A DNA stretch of 64,000 nucleotides, taken from positions 1,248,001-1,312,000 of the forward strand of contig OZ253580.1 in assembly GCA_965263035.1 (NCBI GenBank), in the 5' to 3' direction. Below are positions 10,061-20,504 of this stretch, piece after piece. The notes beneath the pieces are model-generated. The model did no database searches. It worked only from the letters and a program-made list of their open reading frames with translations, and was not told the DNA's origin. The number at the start of each line of letters is the position of its first letter. The first letter of the stretch is position 1. The stretch comes from Acidobacteriota bacterium (GTDB lineage Bacteria; Acidobacteriota; UBA6911; RPQK01; JAJDTT01). The translations under genes and the position numbers were made by a program.

Positions 10061-10744
10061 ATGCCGGACGCTTGGAATCCACTCCGCCGATCGCCGCTCC
10101 ATGCCCGGCTGCACGAGGCCGGGGCCGTCTTCGAATCTGAGTCGGGTTGGGCCCTGGCCCGGCATTTCGGGGACCCGGACGCGGAGTTTCAGGCCGGCAG
10201 CACAAGTGTCGCGCTCTCGGACCTGAGCTGGACCGGCAAGTGGCAGGCCAAGGGGCGGGACCTGGACCGAGATCTCGGGCCCAGCGTTTCCGGGGAAGTC
10301 CCGGCGCCCGGCCGGGTGGCCGGAACGCGGACCGGTTGCCTCTGTCGGCTCACCCCAGGAGAGGCCCTGTTTCTCTGCCAGAACGGACGGCCGGAACCTC
10401 ACCCGGCGTCCGGGGAGAGTGGCGACGGCTGCCTCCACCTGTTGGAGCGAACCGACGGACTCGCCCTGATGGCGCTATGGGGACCCGATTCCCGGCGGGT
10501 CCTGGCCAAGCTGAGCAGTCTCGACCTGCGAGAGCGAACCCGTCCCCACGGGACCTGCGCCGCGGCGCCCATGGCGGGCGTTCGAGTTCTGCTGGTCCGT
10601 TGGGACCGGGGCCGAGTGCCGGCCTACCAGATCGTGGTGAGCGCCGAGTACGGCGCCTATCTCTGGGACACGGTCCTGGATGCGGGGCGGGAGTACGGCC
10701 TCCGGCTCTGCGGTCTGGATTCCTGGACACGATTGGAGGGATAG
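10061..10744 (+). CDS. soxG: Sarcosine oxidase/NMG dehydrogenase gamma subunit (GcvT-like; MgdD-like)
   Basis: C-terminal part of ORF 8357..10744 from ATG 10061: RRSPL, LSDLS, LAKLSSLDLR, YGAYLWDTVLDAG. Confidence 0.78.
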   Translation: MPDAWNPLRRSPLHARLHEAGAVFESESGWALARHFGDPDAEFQAGSTSVALSDLSWTGKWQAKGRDLDRDLGPSVSGEVPAPGRVAGTRTGCLCRLTPGEALFLCQNGRPEPHPASGESGDGCLHLLERTDGLALMALWGPDSRRVLAKLSSLDLRERTRPHGTCAAAPMAGVRVLLVRWDRGRVPAYQIVVSAEYGAYLWDTVLDAGREYGLRLCGLDSWTRLEG

Positions 10745-10749
10745 CGAGA

Positions 10750-11961
10750 GTGTCACGCCTGTTTCGCTTCGATCCCATGTGGGAGAGCCACCCCCTCCGG
10801 GACCGCTACGACGTGGTGGTGATCGGCGCCGGCGTCCACGGACTGGCCACCGCCTACTATCTGGCCCACCGGGGGATCACCGACGTCGCCGTCCTGGAGA
10901 AGGGCTACCTGGGATCGGGAAACAGCGGGCGCAACACGGCCATCCTCCGGGCCAACTACCGGACCCCCGAAGCCATTCCCTTCTATGCCGAGAGTCTGGC
11001 GCTCTACGAGGAACTCTCCGACGACCTGGACTACAACCTGCTGTTCTCCCAGCAGGGCCACCTGACCCTGGCCCACACGGAAGCCGCCGTCAACGGACTC
11101 TGGGTGCGGGCCGAGGCCAACCGCATCATGGGGGTCAAGAGCCGAATCATCGGTCCGGGCGAGATCAAGCGAATGGTCCCGGCTATCGACACCTCTTCCG
11201 CCACCCGGTATCCGATCATGGCCGCCCTCTATCATGCGCCGGGTGGGATCATCCGCCACGACGCCGTCGTGTGGGGGTACGCCCACCAGGCCAGCCGGCT
11301 GGGCGTCGAGGTCCATCCCCATACCGAGGTCCTGGACCTGGGACTTGAGGGAGGCCGGATTGCCACCGTCCACACCAACCGGGGAACGATCAAGACCGGC
11401 GCCGTGGTCAACGCCACCTCCGGCTGGTGCTCCCTGATCGCCGCCATGGCCGGGGTGGAGCTGCCCGTGATCAGCCACCCGCTTCAGGCCTGCGTGACCG
11501 AGCCTATGGAACCCATCCTGGACAAGGTCATCGTCTCGGCCAATCTCCACGTCTACGTGAACCAGACCCCACGGGGAGAGTTCGTGATCGGGGCCGAGAT
11601 CGACCCCTATCCCTCCTACCACCTGGGGTCCACCCTGCCGACGCTCAAGTCGATGGCGTTCCACACGCTGGAGTTGTTCCCGGACCTGCACCAAGTCAAA
11701 ATCCTGCGCCAATGGGGCGGGATCTGCGACATGACGCCCGACTACAGTCCCATCATCGACGAACATCCGGAAGTCGGAGGATTCTTCATGGATGTGGGGT
11801 GGGGCACGTACGGATTCAAGGCGGGTCCGGCGGGCGGCAAATGCCTGGCGGAGTTGATCGCCACCGGACGGACGCCCGATCTGATCCAACCCTTCCGCCT
11901 GAGCCGGTTTCACGAGAATCGGCTGGTCGGAGAGAAGGCCTCCGCCGCCGTCTCTCACTGA
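10750..11961 (+). CDS. soxB: Sarcosine oxidase/NMG dehydrogenase beta subunit (FAD; MgdA-like)
   Basis: GAGVHGLATAYYLA, GNSGRNTAILRANY, RHDAVVWGYA, GWGTYGFKA. Confidence 0.9.
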   Translation: MSRLFRFDPMWESHPLRDRYDVVVIGAGVHGLATAYYLAHRGITDVAVLEKGYLGSGNSGRNTAILRANYRTPEAIPFYAESLALYEELSDDLDYNLLFSQQGHLTLAHTEAAVNGLWVRAEANRIMGVKSRIIGPGEIKRMVPAIDTSSATRYPIMAALYHAPGGIIRHDAVVWGYAHQASRLGVEVHPHTEVLDLGLEGGRIATVHTNRGTIKTGAVVNATSGWCSLIAAMAGVELPVISHPLQACVTEPMEPILDKVIVSANLHVYVNQTPRGEFVIGAEIDPYPSYHLGSTLPTLKSMAFHTLELFPDLHQVKILRQWGGICDMTPDYSPIIDEHPEVGGFFMDVGWGTYGFKAGPAGGKCLAELIATGRTPDLIQPFRLSRFHENRLVGEKASAAVSH

Positions 11962-12105
11962 TCCCTGGCGACAGGCAGGGCTTGCAACGAGAGCCCCCTG
12001 GGGCGTACTCTCCGCACTGCTCCGGGGGCCTACGGGAGGGATTCTCAGGTCAGAGCGCCTCGGCGTGAAATAGGTCCGAAACACAACTGAATCAGGGGAG
12101 AAGTC

Positions 12106-13443
12106 ATGAGCGGACTGGACGAGACTCGAAGACTGGTGGACGAGGGCGAACTCGAATTCTTTCTCTGTTCCTTCGTGGAGATGGGGGGCATGCCCAAGGC
12201 CAAGCTGGTGCCGGCCAAGTGCATCGACGACATGGCCGCCGGCAGCGCCGGATTCGCCGGCTTCGCGGCCGGGAACATGGGCCAGGGTCCGCACGACACC
12301 GACATGATCGCCATCCCCGACTTCTCCAGCGTGACCCGGATTCCCTGGCGCTCCAATCTGGCGTGGGTCGCTTCCAACATCGAGGTGGACGAGAAACCGT
12401 GGCCCTACTGTCCCAGAACCATCCTGCAGGACAACCTGGAGCAGGCGCGCCAAAAGGGATACGTCCTCAAGGTGGGAGTCGAGCCCGAGTTCATGCTGCT
12501 CCGGAGGGGTGAGGACGGTGGCTACGCCCCCTTCGATCCCTTGGACCGCTTGGACAAGCCCTGTTACGACCTGACGGCCCTCAACCGGAGCCTGGACCTG
12601 ATGACGACCCTGGTCCGGTACCTGGACCAGTTGGGCTGGGGCCCCTACGCCAACGACCACGAGGACGCCAACTGCCAGTTCGAGATCAACTGGACCTATT
12701 CCACCGCTCTCCGGACCGCCGACCGCCACACCTTCTATCGCTGGATGGTCAAGGCGCTGGCCGAGGAACGGGGGATGACGGCCACCTTCATGCCCAAGCC
12801 CTTCTCCCATCTGACCGGCAACGGCGCCCACTTCCACATCAGCCTGTGGGACGCCGAGACCGACGAGAACCTGTTTCTGGACGAATCCGACGAGAACGGG
12901 CTGTCCCAACTGGCCTATCACTTCATCGGGGGACTCAAGAAGCATGCCCGGGCCGTGACGGCGGTGACCGCCCCCACGGTCAACTCCTACAAGCGGCTGA
13001 TCCGGGGCGCTCCCCGGTCGGGCGCGACCTGGGCTCCCGTGTTCGTCACCTACGGCGCCAGCAACCGGACGCAGATGATTCGGATCCCGGGTCCGGGACG
13101 AATCGAGAACCGGACCGTGGACGGCGCCGTGAACCCCTACCTGGCCGCGTCCGTCACGCTGGCCGCCGGCCTGGACGGGATCGCGAACGAGTTGCCGGCC
13201 GGCACCCGAAACGATCGCAACCTGTATCAGGTCCCCCGCGAACAGTTGAGGGCCGAGGGGATCGACCTGTTGCCTGAAAACCTGTCCGACGCCATCGACG
13301 CCCTGGAACAGGACCCGGTGGTCCTTGGGGCCCTGGGATCCCCCTACGGCGAATACTACGTCCAGATGAAGCGGGAGGAGTGGAAGGCATACCACGACTC
13401 GGTCTCGCAGTGGGAGGTCGACAGATACCTGGGGCAGTTCTGA
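12106..13443 (+). CDS. gmaS: Gamma-glutamylmethylamide synthetase (glutamate-ammonia ligase family, GlnT-like)
   Basis: AGFAGFA, NDHEDANCQFEIN, FMPKPF, SGATWAP, NRTQMIRIP. Confidence 0.88.
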   Translation: MSGLDETRRLVDEGELEFFLCSFVEMGGMPKAKLVPAKCIDDMAAGSAGFAGFAAGNMGQGPHDTDMIAIPDFSSVTRIPWRSNLAWVASNIEVDEKPWPYCPRTILQDNLEQARQKGYVLKVGVEPEFMLLRRGEDGGYAPFDPLDRLDKPCYDLTALNRSLDLMTTLVRYLDQLGWGPYANDHEDANCQFEINWTYSTALRTADRHTFYRWMVKALAEERGMTATFMPKPFSHLTGNGAHFHISLWDAETDENLFLDESDENGLSQLAYHFIGGLKKHARAVTAVTAPTVNSYKRLIRGAPRSGATWAPVFVTYGASNRTQMIRIPGPGRIENRTVDGAVNPYLAASVTLAAGLDGIANELPAGTRNDRNLYQVPREQLRAEGIDLLPENLSDAIDALEQDPVVLGALGSPYGEYYVQMKREEWKAYHDSVSQWEVDRYLGQF

Positions 13444-13528
13444 ACCTCGTCTCCCGCCCAGGGCCTTCGAAATCTCAATTCAGGATTGACCTGGCGGCGC
13501 CCGACCGCCTACGGAACCAGAAAATCTC

Positions 13529-14431
13529 ATGCAGGGTCTGACGCTGGCGCTTTTGGCGTGTCTGTGCGTCTCCGTCAATTACATCACCGGGAAGTTCGGC
13601 GTCACCGGCTTCGGTCCGGACAGCTTCAGCCTGGTCTGGATCACGGCGGCCACCGTCTACACTCTGGCGGCCGTCTTGGCGACGGGGCGCTCCAGCCAGT
13701 TGAAGCTGCCTCGAGCGGTCCGGGGACGGATCCTGGCCATGGGCATTCTCACCGGGCTGCAGATGATCCTGTTCTGGTGGAGTCTGGACCTGCTCGACGC
13801 CCCGTTTGCCGCGTTCCTGGGCCGGTTCGAACCGGCCCTGACCATCCTGCTGGCCGGGCTCCTGCTGGGCGAGCGGCTCCGGTTACGCGAGGGACTGGCC
13901 ATAGGCGTCATGATCGTGGGCGGGTGTCTCAGCACTGCCGGCGTCTGGCAGGAGGTGGGATTGGGCGTCCTGCTGGTGATGCTGGCCTCCCTGACCATGT
14001 CATTGCAGTTCGTCCTGGGTAAGAACCTGGCGGGAAAGGTCCATCCCGGCATCATGGTCTTCTACCGCGCGGCCTGCGCGTCGGCGATGATGTTTCTGTG
14101 GGTCGCGGGTCCGGGAGAAGCCCGCTTCGACGTTGATCCCTTCTACTGGGGGATGACCCTGTTCGGGGCGTTTCTGGGTCCCTTCGTCGGATACACGCTG
14201 CTGTTTCACTCCTACCGCTTCTGGGACCTGACCCGCACGTCCATGGTCATGACCCTTCAGCCCCTCTTCGTGCTCCCCCTGGGCCTGATCTTCCTTCCGG
14301 AGCAGGGTCTGTCCCCGCAGCAGCTGCTGGGAGGGCTCCTGATCCTGGCCGGGGCGCTCTGGCTGATCGCGATCCACCGGGGCCACCGGACTGCCGGCCG
14401 CCGAGTCCCGGTTACGGTCCCGGAAGATTGA
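13529..14431 (+). CDS. DMT/EamA-family transporter
   Basis: About 10 hydrophobic segments, LLGERL motif, two EamA halves. Confidence 0.8.
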   Translation: MQGLTLALLACLCVSVNYITGKFGVTGFGPDSFSLVWITAATVYTLAAVLATGRSSQLKLPRAVRGRILAMGILTGLQMILFWWSLDLLDAPFAAFLGRFEPALTILLAGLLLGERLRLREGLAIGVMIVGGCLSTAGVWQEVGLGVLLVMLASLTMSLQFVLGKNLAGKVHPGIMVFYRAACASAMMFLWVAGPGEARFDVDPFYWGMTLFGAFLGPFVGYTLLFHSYRFWDLTRTSMVMTLQPLFVLPLGLIFLPEQGLSPQQLLGGLLILAGALWLIAIHRGHRTAGRRVPVTVPED

Positions 14432-14490
14432 CTCTCTCAGGTCCTTTGGATAGTTTCGACCCAAATGGAGAACTGGAAAGGAGCCATTTC

Positions 14491-16095
14491 ATGACCTCAA
14501 ACAGTGCCGCGTCCCCCCCGGTGAGAACCTCAGTGATTGCCCTGCTCTTCTGCCTGCTCGTATTGTCTCAGGCACCCGCCGCTCCGCCCGGAGACAGCGC
14601 CGGCCTCACCCATATCGGCAGTAACAAGCAGCTGTTCATCGACGACTACGTCATCCAACGGATGGACCACGTCAAGCGGATGCTGAATCCGGCAGTCAAG
14701 GCGCCCAACAATCCCATCATCGAAGCCGACCGGCCCTGGGAGAGCAACTACCTGCGGTGCAACCAGGTGCTCTACGACCCCAAGGACGGGCTGTTCAAGA
14801 TGTGGTACACCTCGTACCGGGAATTCCGGGGCACCAAGGATGCGGGAGACGGCTACCGGACCCAATGGAGCCGGGACGGAGACGGCTACGCGAGGGAAAG
14901 AGTTCCGGACCCCTACCACTATTTCAACGACCCCAACGGCTCCCTCCAGGCTTTTTGTTTCGCCACTTCCAAGGACGGGTTCAACTGGGAGAAACCCAAC
15001 TTGGGCAAGGTGGAGTTCCAGGGCTCCCGGGACAACAACATCCTGCCTCCGGGAACCCGCTTTCCCAACATGCTGGATCCCAACGAGAAAGACCCCTCCC
15101 GCCGCTACAAGTCCGCGGCCGACGACTACAAGTACCACGGTTACCATTTCGGACGGATCAACCTCTACCACTCACCCGACGGGATCGAGTGGACCACGGC
15201 GCCCGAGAACCGGGAGATGGACATCTCCGACAAGCAGGGCCGCTGGGGACCCAACAGTTTCATGGGCTGGGATCCCATCAAGGGAGTCTACGTGACCCAC
15301 ATCGAGAGCTGTCTGCACCGGCGCTGCCCCCTGGGAAAACGGATCACGGGACGGTCCGAGAGCCCGGACTTCATCCGCTGGTCGGAGGTGGAGACCATCA
15401 TGATCCCCGATGACCGGGATGCGCCGGACGTCGAGTTCTACGCCTTCCCGGCCTTTACCTACGAAGGGATCTACATCGGCGTCCCCTGGATCTTCCAGAC
15501 CACCGAGGGGCTTCACTATCCCCAACTGGCGTTCAGCCGCGACGGCATCACCTACCAGCGCCCCTTCCGGGAAGCCCTGGTCAAACTGGGAGACCACGGG
15601 GATTTCGACGAGACGACCCTCTACCTGAGAAACCCGTTTTTCCAGAATGGGCGGATCTGGTTCTACTATTCGGGTGGCAACTGGAGAGGTCCGGAGCCGC
15701 TGTACGACCGGGGCGACAAGCAACTTTTCGCCATCGGTCTGGCCACCCTTCCCGAGGACGGGTTCGTCTCCCTCATCGCCGGCAAGCTGGATCCCGGCAA
15801 GGTGCTGACACGCGTCATCACCTTCACCGGAAACCGACTCTACGTGAGCATGCAGGCCGCCAAGCACACCTGGGGATCGGGACCGGCCCAGGTGAAGGTG
15901 GAGATCCTGAATTCGGCCCACACTCCCATCTCGGGATTCACGCTTCAGGATGCCGACAACCTGGATTCCACGGGCAAGCACCTGGTGACCTGGGGAGGCA
16001 AGAACGACGTGGGACACTTGGCGGGGAAACCGGTGCAGCTTCGCTTCACCGTGCGCAACGCCAAGCTCAACGCCTTCCAGTTCCTGGAGAAGTGA
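14491..16095 (+). CDS. Secreted five-bladed beta-propeller (glycoside-hydrolase-like) protein
   Basis: AAGGAG RBS, signal peptide, QLFIDD, NNPIIEADRPWE, SKDG/SPDG/SRDG repeats, DGFVSL. Confidence 0.7.
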   Translation: MTSNSAASPPVRTSVIALLFCLLVLSQAPAAPPGDSAGLTHIGSNKQLFIDDYVIQRMDHVKRMLNPAVKAPNNPIIEADRPWESNYLRCNQVLYDPKDGLFKMWYTSYREFRGTKDAGDGYRTQWSRDGDGYARERVPDPYHYFNDPNGSLQAFCFATSKDGFNWEKPNLGKVEFQGSRDNNILPPGTRFPNMLDPNEKDPSRRYKSAADDYKYHGYHFGRINLYHSPDGIEWTTAPENREMDISDKQGRWGPNSFMGWDPIKGVYVTHIESCLHRRCPLGKRITGRSESPDFIRWSEVETIMIPDDRDAPDVEFYAFPAFTYEGIYIGVPWIFQTTEGLHYPQLAFSRDGITYQRPFREALVKLGDHGDFDETTLYLRNPFFQNGRIWFYYSGGNWRGPEPLYDRGDKQLFAIGLATLPEDGFVSLIAGKLDPGKVLTRVITFTGNRLYVSMQAAKHTWGSGPAQVKVEILNSAHTPISGFTLQDADNLDSTGKHLVTWGGKNDVGHLAGKPVQLRFTVRNAKLNAFQFLEK

Positions 16096-17345
16096 TGCGC
16101 GTGAAGAGCACGACTCTCCGAAAGCCCACGTTGTTGGCTGCAGCCGCGTTGCTGCTTTTGTCGGCATCGGGACAGGCCCAGCAGAGCGAGGCTCCGAAGG
16201 GGCCGGCCGCGGTCGTCGACGCCGGCAAATTCGACTCCCTCCAGGAGGCTCTGGATGCGGTCCCCGAGGCGGGCGGGATCGTTCGGCTGCCGCCAGGAGA
16301 CTTCCCTTTGGAGCAGCCGTTGATCCTGGCCCGGGAGAATACCCGGGTCGTGGGTTCGGGCGCCGCAACCCACCTGATCAACAAGAACACCCAGGGGAAA
16401 CCGGCGTTCATCGTGCGCTCTCCGAAACGGGACCTGGAGCCCAAAGCGCGGCTCTGGCGGGTGCAGCTGGCCGACTTCCGGATCAGCGGCAACCCCGAAA
16501 GTGGCGACGGCCTGCAGGTGGAGGGCGCCAACGAAATCTACATCGACGGGCTCTCCATAGACCGCAACGGCGGCCACGGCATGAACCTCATCGACTGTTA
16601 CGAGGATCCCCGGATCGTCAACTCCATCGTCACCTACAACGGCAAGGCGGGGATGAACGTGCTGGGAGCCCACGACATGCTGGTGAACGCCAACCAGTTC
16701 GAGGAGAACCAGGACGGCCTGCGCTACATCAACGGCTTCAACCTCTGCATGACGGGGAATGTCCTGGACGATCACCTGGGCGACGGCGTCGTCATCGAAC
16801 GGACCTACGGGTCGGTAGTCTCGGGCAACATGATCGAGGAGTGCCGGGGCACGGCCATCATTCTGGACCGGGACTGCTACGGCATCACCTTGAGCTCCAA
16901 CGTGATCGCCCACAACCAGAAGGGGGGCATCGACCTGCGGGACGCCTGGGGCTGCACCGTCTCGGCCAACACCTTCACCCTGATTCCGAAACAGGCCGTG
17001 CGGGTGGGTCCCAATGCCGGCCGGATCGCCATCACCGGCAACGCCTTCTCCAACAGCTACCTGGGCGGGAAGACCAAGTACCACGAGCGGCTGGACGGCG
17101 AGTGGCCCAACGTCACTCTGGGAAGCGGAATCCTGCTGGAAGGAACGTCGGACATCGCCATCACCGGCAACACCTTCACCGGTCTCCAGGAACACGCCGT
17201 CCAGACCCTGGGCGAATGCCAGAGAATCACCGTTACCGGCAACGTGGCCACCGACCTGGGACGGTCCGGGTCCCAGAAGATCCCGGCCTTCGACTTGCAG
17301 AACGTGCGGGGGTTGGTCCGTGGCAACAACGCCGTCGACGACTGA
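16095..17345 (+). CDS. Secreted right-handed parallel beta-helix (pectate-lyase/NosD-like) protein
   Basis: Signal peptide, SLQEALDA, repeated ITGN/VSGN PbH1-like repeats. Confidence 0.78.
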   Translation: MRVKSTTLRKPTLLAAAALLLLSASGQAQQSEAPKGPAAVVDAGKFDSLQEALDAVPEAGGIVRLPPGDFPLEQPLILARENTRVVGSGAATHLINKNTQGKPAFIVRSPKRDLEPKARLWRVQLADFRISGNPESGDGLQVEGANEIYIDGLSIDRNGGHGMNLIDCYEDPRIVNSIVTYNGKAGMNVLGAHDMLVNANQFEENQDGLRYINGFNLCMTGNVLDDHLGDGVVIERTYGSVVSGNMIEECRGTAIILDRDCYGITLSSNVIAHNQKGGIDLRDAWGCTVSANTFTLIPKQAVRVGPNAGRIAITGNAFSNSYLGGKTKYHERLDGEWPNVTLGSGILLEGTSDIAITGNTFTGLQEHAVQTLGECQRITVTGNVATDLGRSGSQKIPAFDLQNVRGLVRGNNAVDD

Positions 17346-17401
17346 ACCGGGACACCCTTCGATCTCTCATTTGACAGACTGAATACCCGGAGGAAAGAAG
17401 G

Positions 17402-19048
17402 ATGGGTGGATTCCAACACCAGGAGATTTTCGAGCACGCCGGCCAGAACGTGGAATACCGGAAGCTCGGCGATCATGTCTCCACGGTGGAGTTCGACGGC
17501 CGGCAACTGCTCAAGATCGGACCCGAGGCGCTGCCCCTCCTGGCCCAGACCGCCATCGACGACGTCTCCCACCTCCTGCGGACGAGCCACCTGGAACAGC
17601 TCGCTCGCATCCTGGAGGATCCCGAGGCGTCCGAGAACGACCGGTTCGTGGCACTGGAGCTGCTGAAGAACGCCAACATCGCGGCCGGACGCGTCCTGCC
17701 CGGCTGCCAGGACACGGGCACCGCCATCGTCATCGGCCACAAGGGTCAGAATGTCTGGACCGAAGGGGACGACGGCGAGGCCCTGTCCCACGGCATCTAC
17801 AACGCCTACCAGGAGGGGAACCTGCGCTACTCCCAGTTGGCTCCCCTGAGCATGTACAAGGAGAAGAACACGCGGACCAACCTCCCGGCCCAGATCGAGC
17901 TCTACGCCGAACCGGGAGACGAATACCACTTCCTCTTCATCGCCAAAGGCGGGGGCTCGGCCAACAAGATGTTCCTCTACCAGCAGACCAAGGCCCTGCT
18001 GAATCCCGATTCCCTCATGCGCTTCGTGGAAGAGAAGCTCCATTCCCTGGGGACGGCCGCCTGCCCTCCCTATCACCTGGCCCTGGTGATCGGTGGAATG
18101 TCGGCCGAGTTCACCATGAAGACCCTGAAGCTGGCCAGCGCCCACTACCTGGACGATCTGCCCACCTCGGGGAACGAGCTGGGCCGGGCCTTCCGGGACC
18201 GGGAACTGGAGCAGCAGATCTTCGACCTCTCCACCCGGATCGGCATCGGCGCCCAGTTCGGCGGCAAGTATTTCGCCCATGATGTCCGGGTCATCCGGCT
18301 GCCCCGTCACGGAGCCTCCTGCCCGGTGGGCCTGGGGGTCTCCTGCTCGGCGGACCGGCAGGTGCTGGGCACGATCAACCGGGACGGGATCTTCGTGGAG
18401 CAGTTGGAGACCAACCCGGCCCGCTTTCTGCCCGAAGTGACCGAAGACGACCTGGACGACGACGTGGCGCAGATCGATCTGAACCGGCCCATGCCCCAGA
18501 TCCTCGACGACCTGCGGCATTACCCGGTGGCCTCGCGCCTCTCGCTGACCGGGCCCGTGATCGTGGCCCGCGACATCGCCCATGCCCGGCTCAAGAAGGA
18601 TCTGGACAACGGCCGTGCGCTGCCCCAGTACTTCAAGGACCATGTGGTCTACTACGCCGGACCGGCCAAGACGCCCCAGGGCTATGCCTCAGGCTCCTTC
18701 GGCCCCACCACCGCCGGCAGGATGGATCCTTATGTGGATCTCTTCCAGAGCCAGGGCGCCAGCATGGTCATGTTGGCCAAGGGCAACCGGTCCCGTCAGG
18801 TGAGCCAGGCCTGCGCCCGTCACGGCGGCTTCTACCTGGGCTCCATCGGGGGCCCCGCCGCGGTCCTGGCCGAGCACAGCATCAAGAAGGTGGAGGTGGT
18901 GGATTATGAGGATCTGGGGATGGAGGCCATCTGGAAAATCCAGGTGGAGGACTTCCCCGCCTTCGTCATCATCAACCACGAGGGCCGCGACTTCTACACC
19001 GAACTCCCCGGCGGCAAGAGCGGCGGGTTGATTTCGCTGAAGTCGTGA
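17402..19048 (+). CDS. fumA: Class I (Fe-S) fumarate hydratase
   Basis: [38 protein letters not shown]. Confidence 0.92.
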   Translation: MGGFQHQEIFEHAGQNVEYRKLGDHVSTVEFDGRQLLKIGPEALPLLAQTAIDDVSHLLRTSHLEQLARILEDPEASENDRFVALELLKNANIAAGRVLPGCQDTGTAIVIGHKGQNVWTEGDDGEALSHGIYNAYQEGNLRYSQLAPLSMYKEKNTRTNLPAQIELYAEPGDEYHFLFIAKGGGSANKMFLYQQTKALLNPDSLMRFVEEKLHSLGTAACPPYHLALVIGGMSAEFTMKTLKLASAHYLDDLPTSGNELGRAFRDRELEQQIFDLSTRIGIGAQFGGKYFAHDVRVIRLPRHGASCPVGLGVSCSADRQVLGTINRDGIFVEQLETNPARFLPEVTEDDLDDDVAQIDLNRPMPQILDDLRHYPVASRLSLTGPVIVARDIAHARLKKDLDNGRALPQYFKDHVVYYAGPAKTPQGYASGSFGPTTAGRMDPYVDLFQSQGASMVMLAKGNRSRQVSQACARHGGFYLGSIGGPAAVLAEHSIKKVEVVDYEDLGMEAIWKIQVEDFPAFVIINHEGRDFYTELPGGKSGGLISLKS

Positions 19049-19111
19049 CGGATGTCTCGCGACTTCTAGATGAGCACGGTGATCCGATGGAGGTCCTTCA
19101 CGCGGGTTTAG

Positions 19112-19441
19112 TCACCTTCTCTCCGCCACTATAGAGACCCCTGCACGGTCACTATCGGTAAAGACCCGCTCACCGTCGACGAACGGCTTTTGGTCGGACG
19201 ACAACTTCAATCGGGGCCGCCGCGACAACGCGTACGCAATATCCGCCACGGTCCGAAGAGTCAGATTTCTTCCTCCGCCGAGCACTTGGGACACGAAACC
19301 TGGGCTCTTCCCCAGACGCTTGGCCAACTCTACCCTCGTCATCTCGGCATCTTCGAGAGCCTGCGTCAGAGTCTCGGTCACCTGAAGGATCAATTCTTCT
19401 TGACGCACTAGTTGGTCGAACTCCTTGTCAGATCGATTCAT
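19112..19441 (-). CDS. XRE-family HTH protein (antitoxin-like), orphan
   Basis: MTRVELAKRLGKSPGFVSQVLGGGRNLTLRTVADIAYAL. AAGGAGG precedes ATG 19441. Confidence 0.78.
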   Translation of the reverse strand: MNRSDKEFDQLVRQEELILQVTETLTQALEDAEMTRVELAKRLGKSPGFVSQVLGGGRNLTLRTVADIAYALSRRPRLKLSSDQKPFVDGERVFTDSDRAGVSIVAERR

Positions 19442-19462
19442 GAGTTCATCCTCCTTAAGTCT

Positions 19463-19488
19463 CATAGTTTACATATATGTAAACTATG
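19463..19488. promoter_or_regulatory. Perfect 26-bp palindrome, putative operator
   Basis: CATAGTTTACATATATGTAAACTATG is self-complementary and lies upstream of the HTH gene. Confidence 0.7.
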
Positions 19489-19713
19489 TTCAAGTGGATT
19501 CTGAATACTGCCTCATCCCCCACCTCCTCAAGTGGGTAGATGCGCACATTTCACGCCTATACCTCCAAGACCTGCTACTTCGGCAGCCCCGTCTTTCCCA
19601 CGATCTCCCTGGCTGCTAGAATTCCTGTCGGCGGGGCGGGCGTTCCGCAGATCGCCTGATCCGGAAGGGACGAGTGGTTCGTCCCCTTGAGTTCAAACGA
19701 AAGTGACTTCCTG

Positions 19714-20493
19714 ATGGGCAAAGTCGACCTCAACTTCAAGCCTGCGGTTCCCGTGTTCGATGCCAACGCGGAGCTGGGGCGCCGGCATGACCGGCGCAAC
19801 CTCATGGACACTCCGGAGCAGCTCTTCGAGGAGATGGCCCGCGCCGGCGTGGATCGGGCGCTGGTCTGGCATCCCAACGGCGCCGCCTACGATTCCATGG
19901 AGGGGAACCTGATCCTCCAGGAGTTGATCCACGGCGACTCGAGACTGGTTCCCCAGTTCTTCTGCAATCCGTCTTTCGACGATTTCGACGTCTTCACCCG
20001 AAGCGTCAAGGACGCGGCCGTCCGGTCCATTCGCATGGTCCCCCAGTACCAGCATTACCCCTTCCGGGAGTGGGTGGTGGGTCCCTGGCTCGATTGGATG
20101 GAGCGGGCAGGATTGGCGCTCTGGCTGCCCGCGACCTACACGGTCTTCGGCAACACGACCGAACTCGATGCTGCGGACGTGTACGACACCGTCCGCGAGC
20201 ATCCACATCTCAACGTCGTCCTGAGCGAGATCCACTACTCCAACATCTCCTGGGCCGTTCCTCTGCTCAAGAGCCTCCCCAACGTCTACGTGGAGACCTC
20301 CAAGCTCACCATCGCAGATCCCATCAACCGCTTCCTGGAGTTCATGGACGACTCGCGCATCCTCTTCGGCTCCCGCTACCCCAACTCCGCCATGGGCGTC
20401 CACATCTATGCCCTGCATCACATGGGGCTGCCCGAGTCCACTGTTCGCGCCATCTGCGCCGGCAACCTGGAACGTCTCCTGGGAATGGGATAG
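19714..20493 (+). CDS. Amidohydrolase_2-fold protein A1 lacking metal motifs
   Basis: VFDANAELG in place of DxHxH; RILFGSRYP in place of FGSD; GNLERLL. Confidence 0.8.
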   Translation: MGKVDLNFKPAVPVFDANAELGRRHDRRNLMDTPEQLFEEMARAGVDRALVWHPNGAAYDSMEGNLILQELIHGDSRLVPQFFCNPSFDDFDVFTRSVKDAAVRSIRMVPQYQHYPFREWVVGPWLDWMERAGLALWLPATYTVFGNTTELDAADVYDTVREHPHLNVVLSEIHYSNISWAVPLLKSLPNVYVETSKLTIADPINRFLEFMDDSRILFGSRYPNSAMGVHIYALHHMGLPESTVRAICAGNLERLLGMG

Positions 20494-20504
20494 AGGTCGA
20501 AGAA

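Noticed and set aside
10753-13395. 880-aa minus-strand ORF
   Set aside because: High-GC antisense shadow of soxB and gmaS; no motifs.
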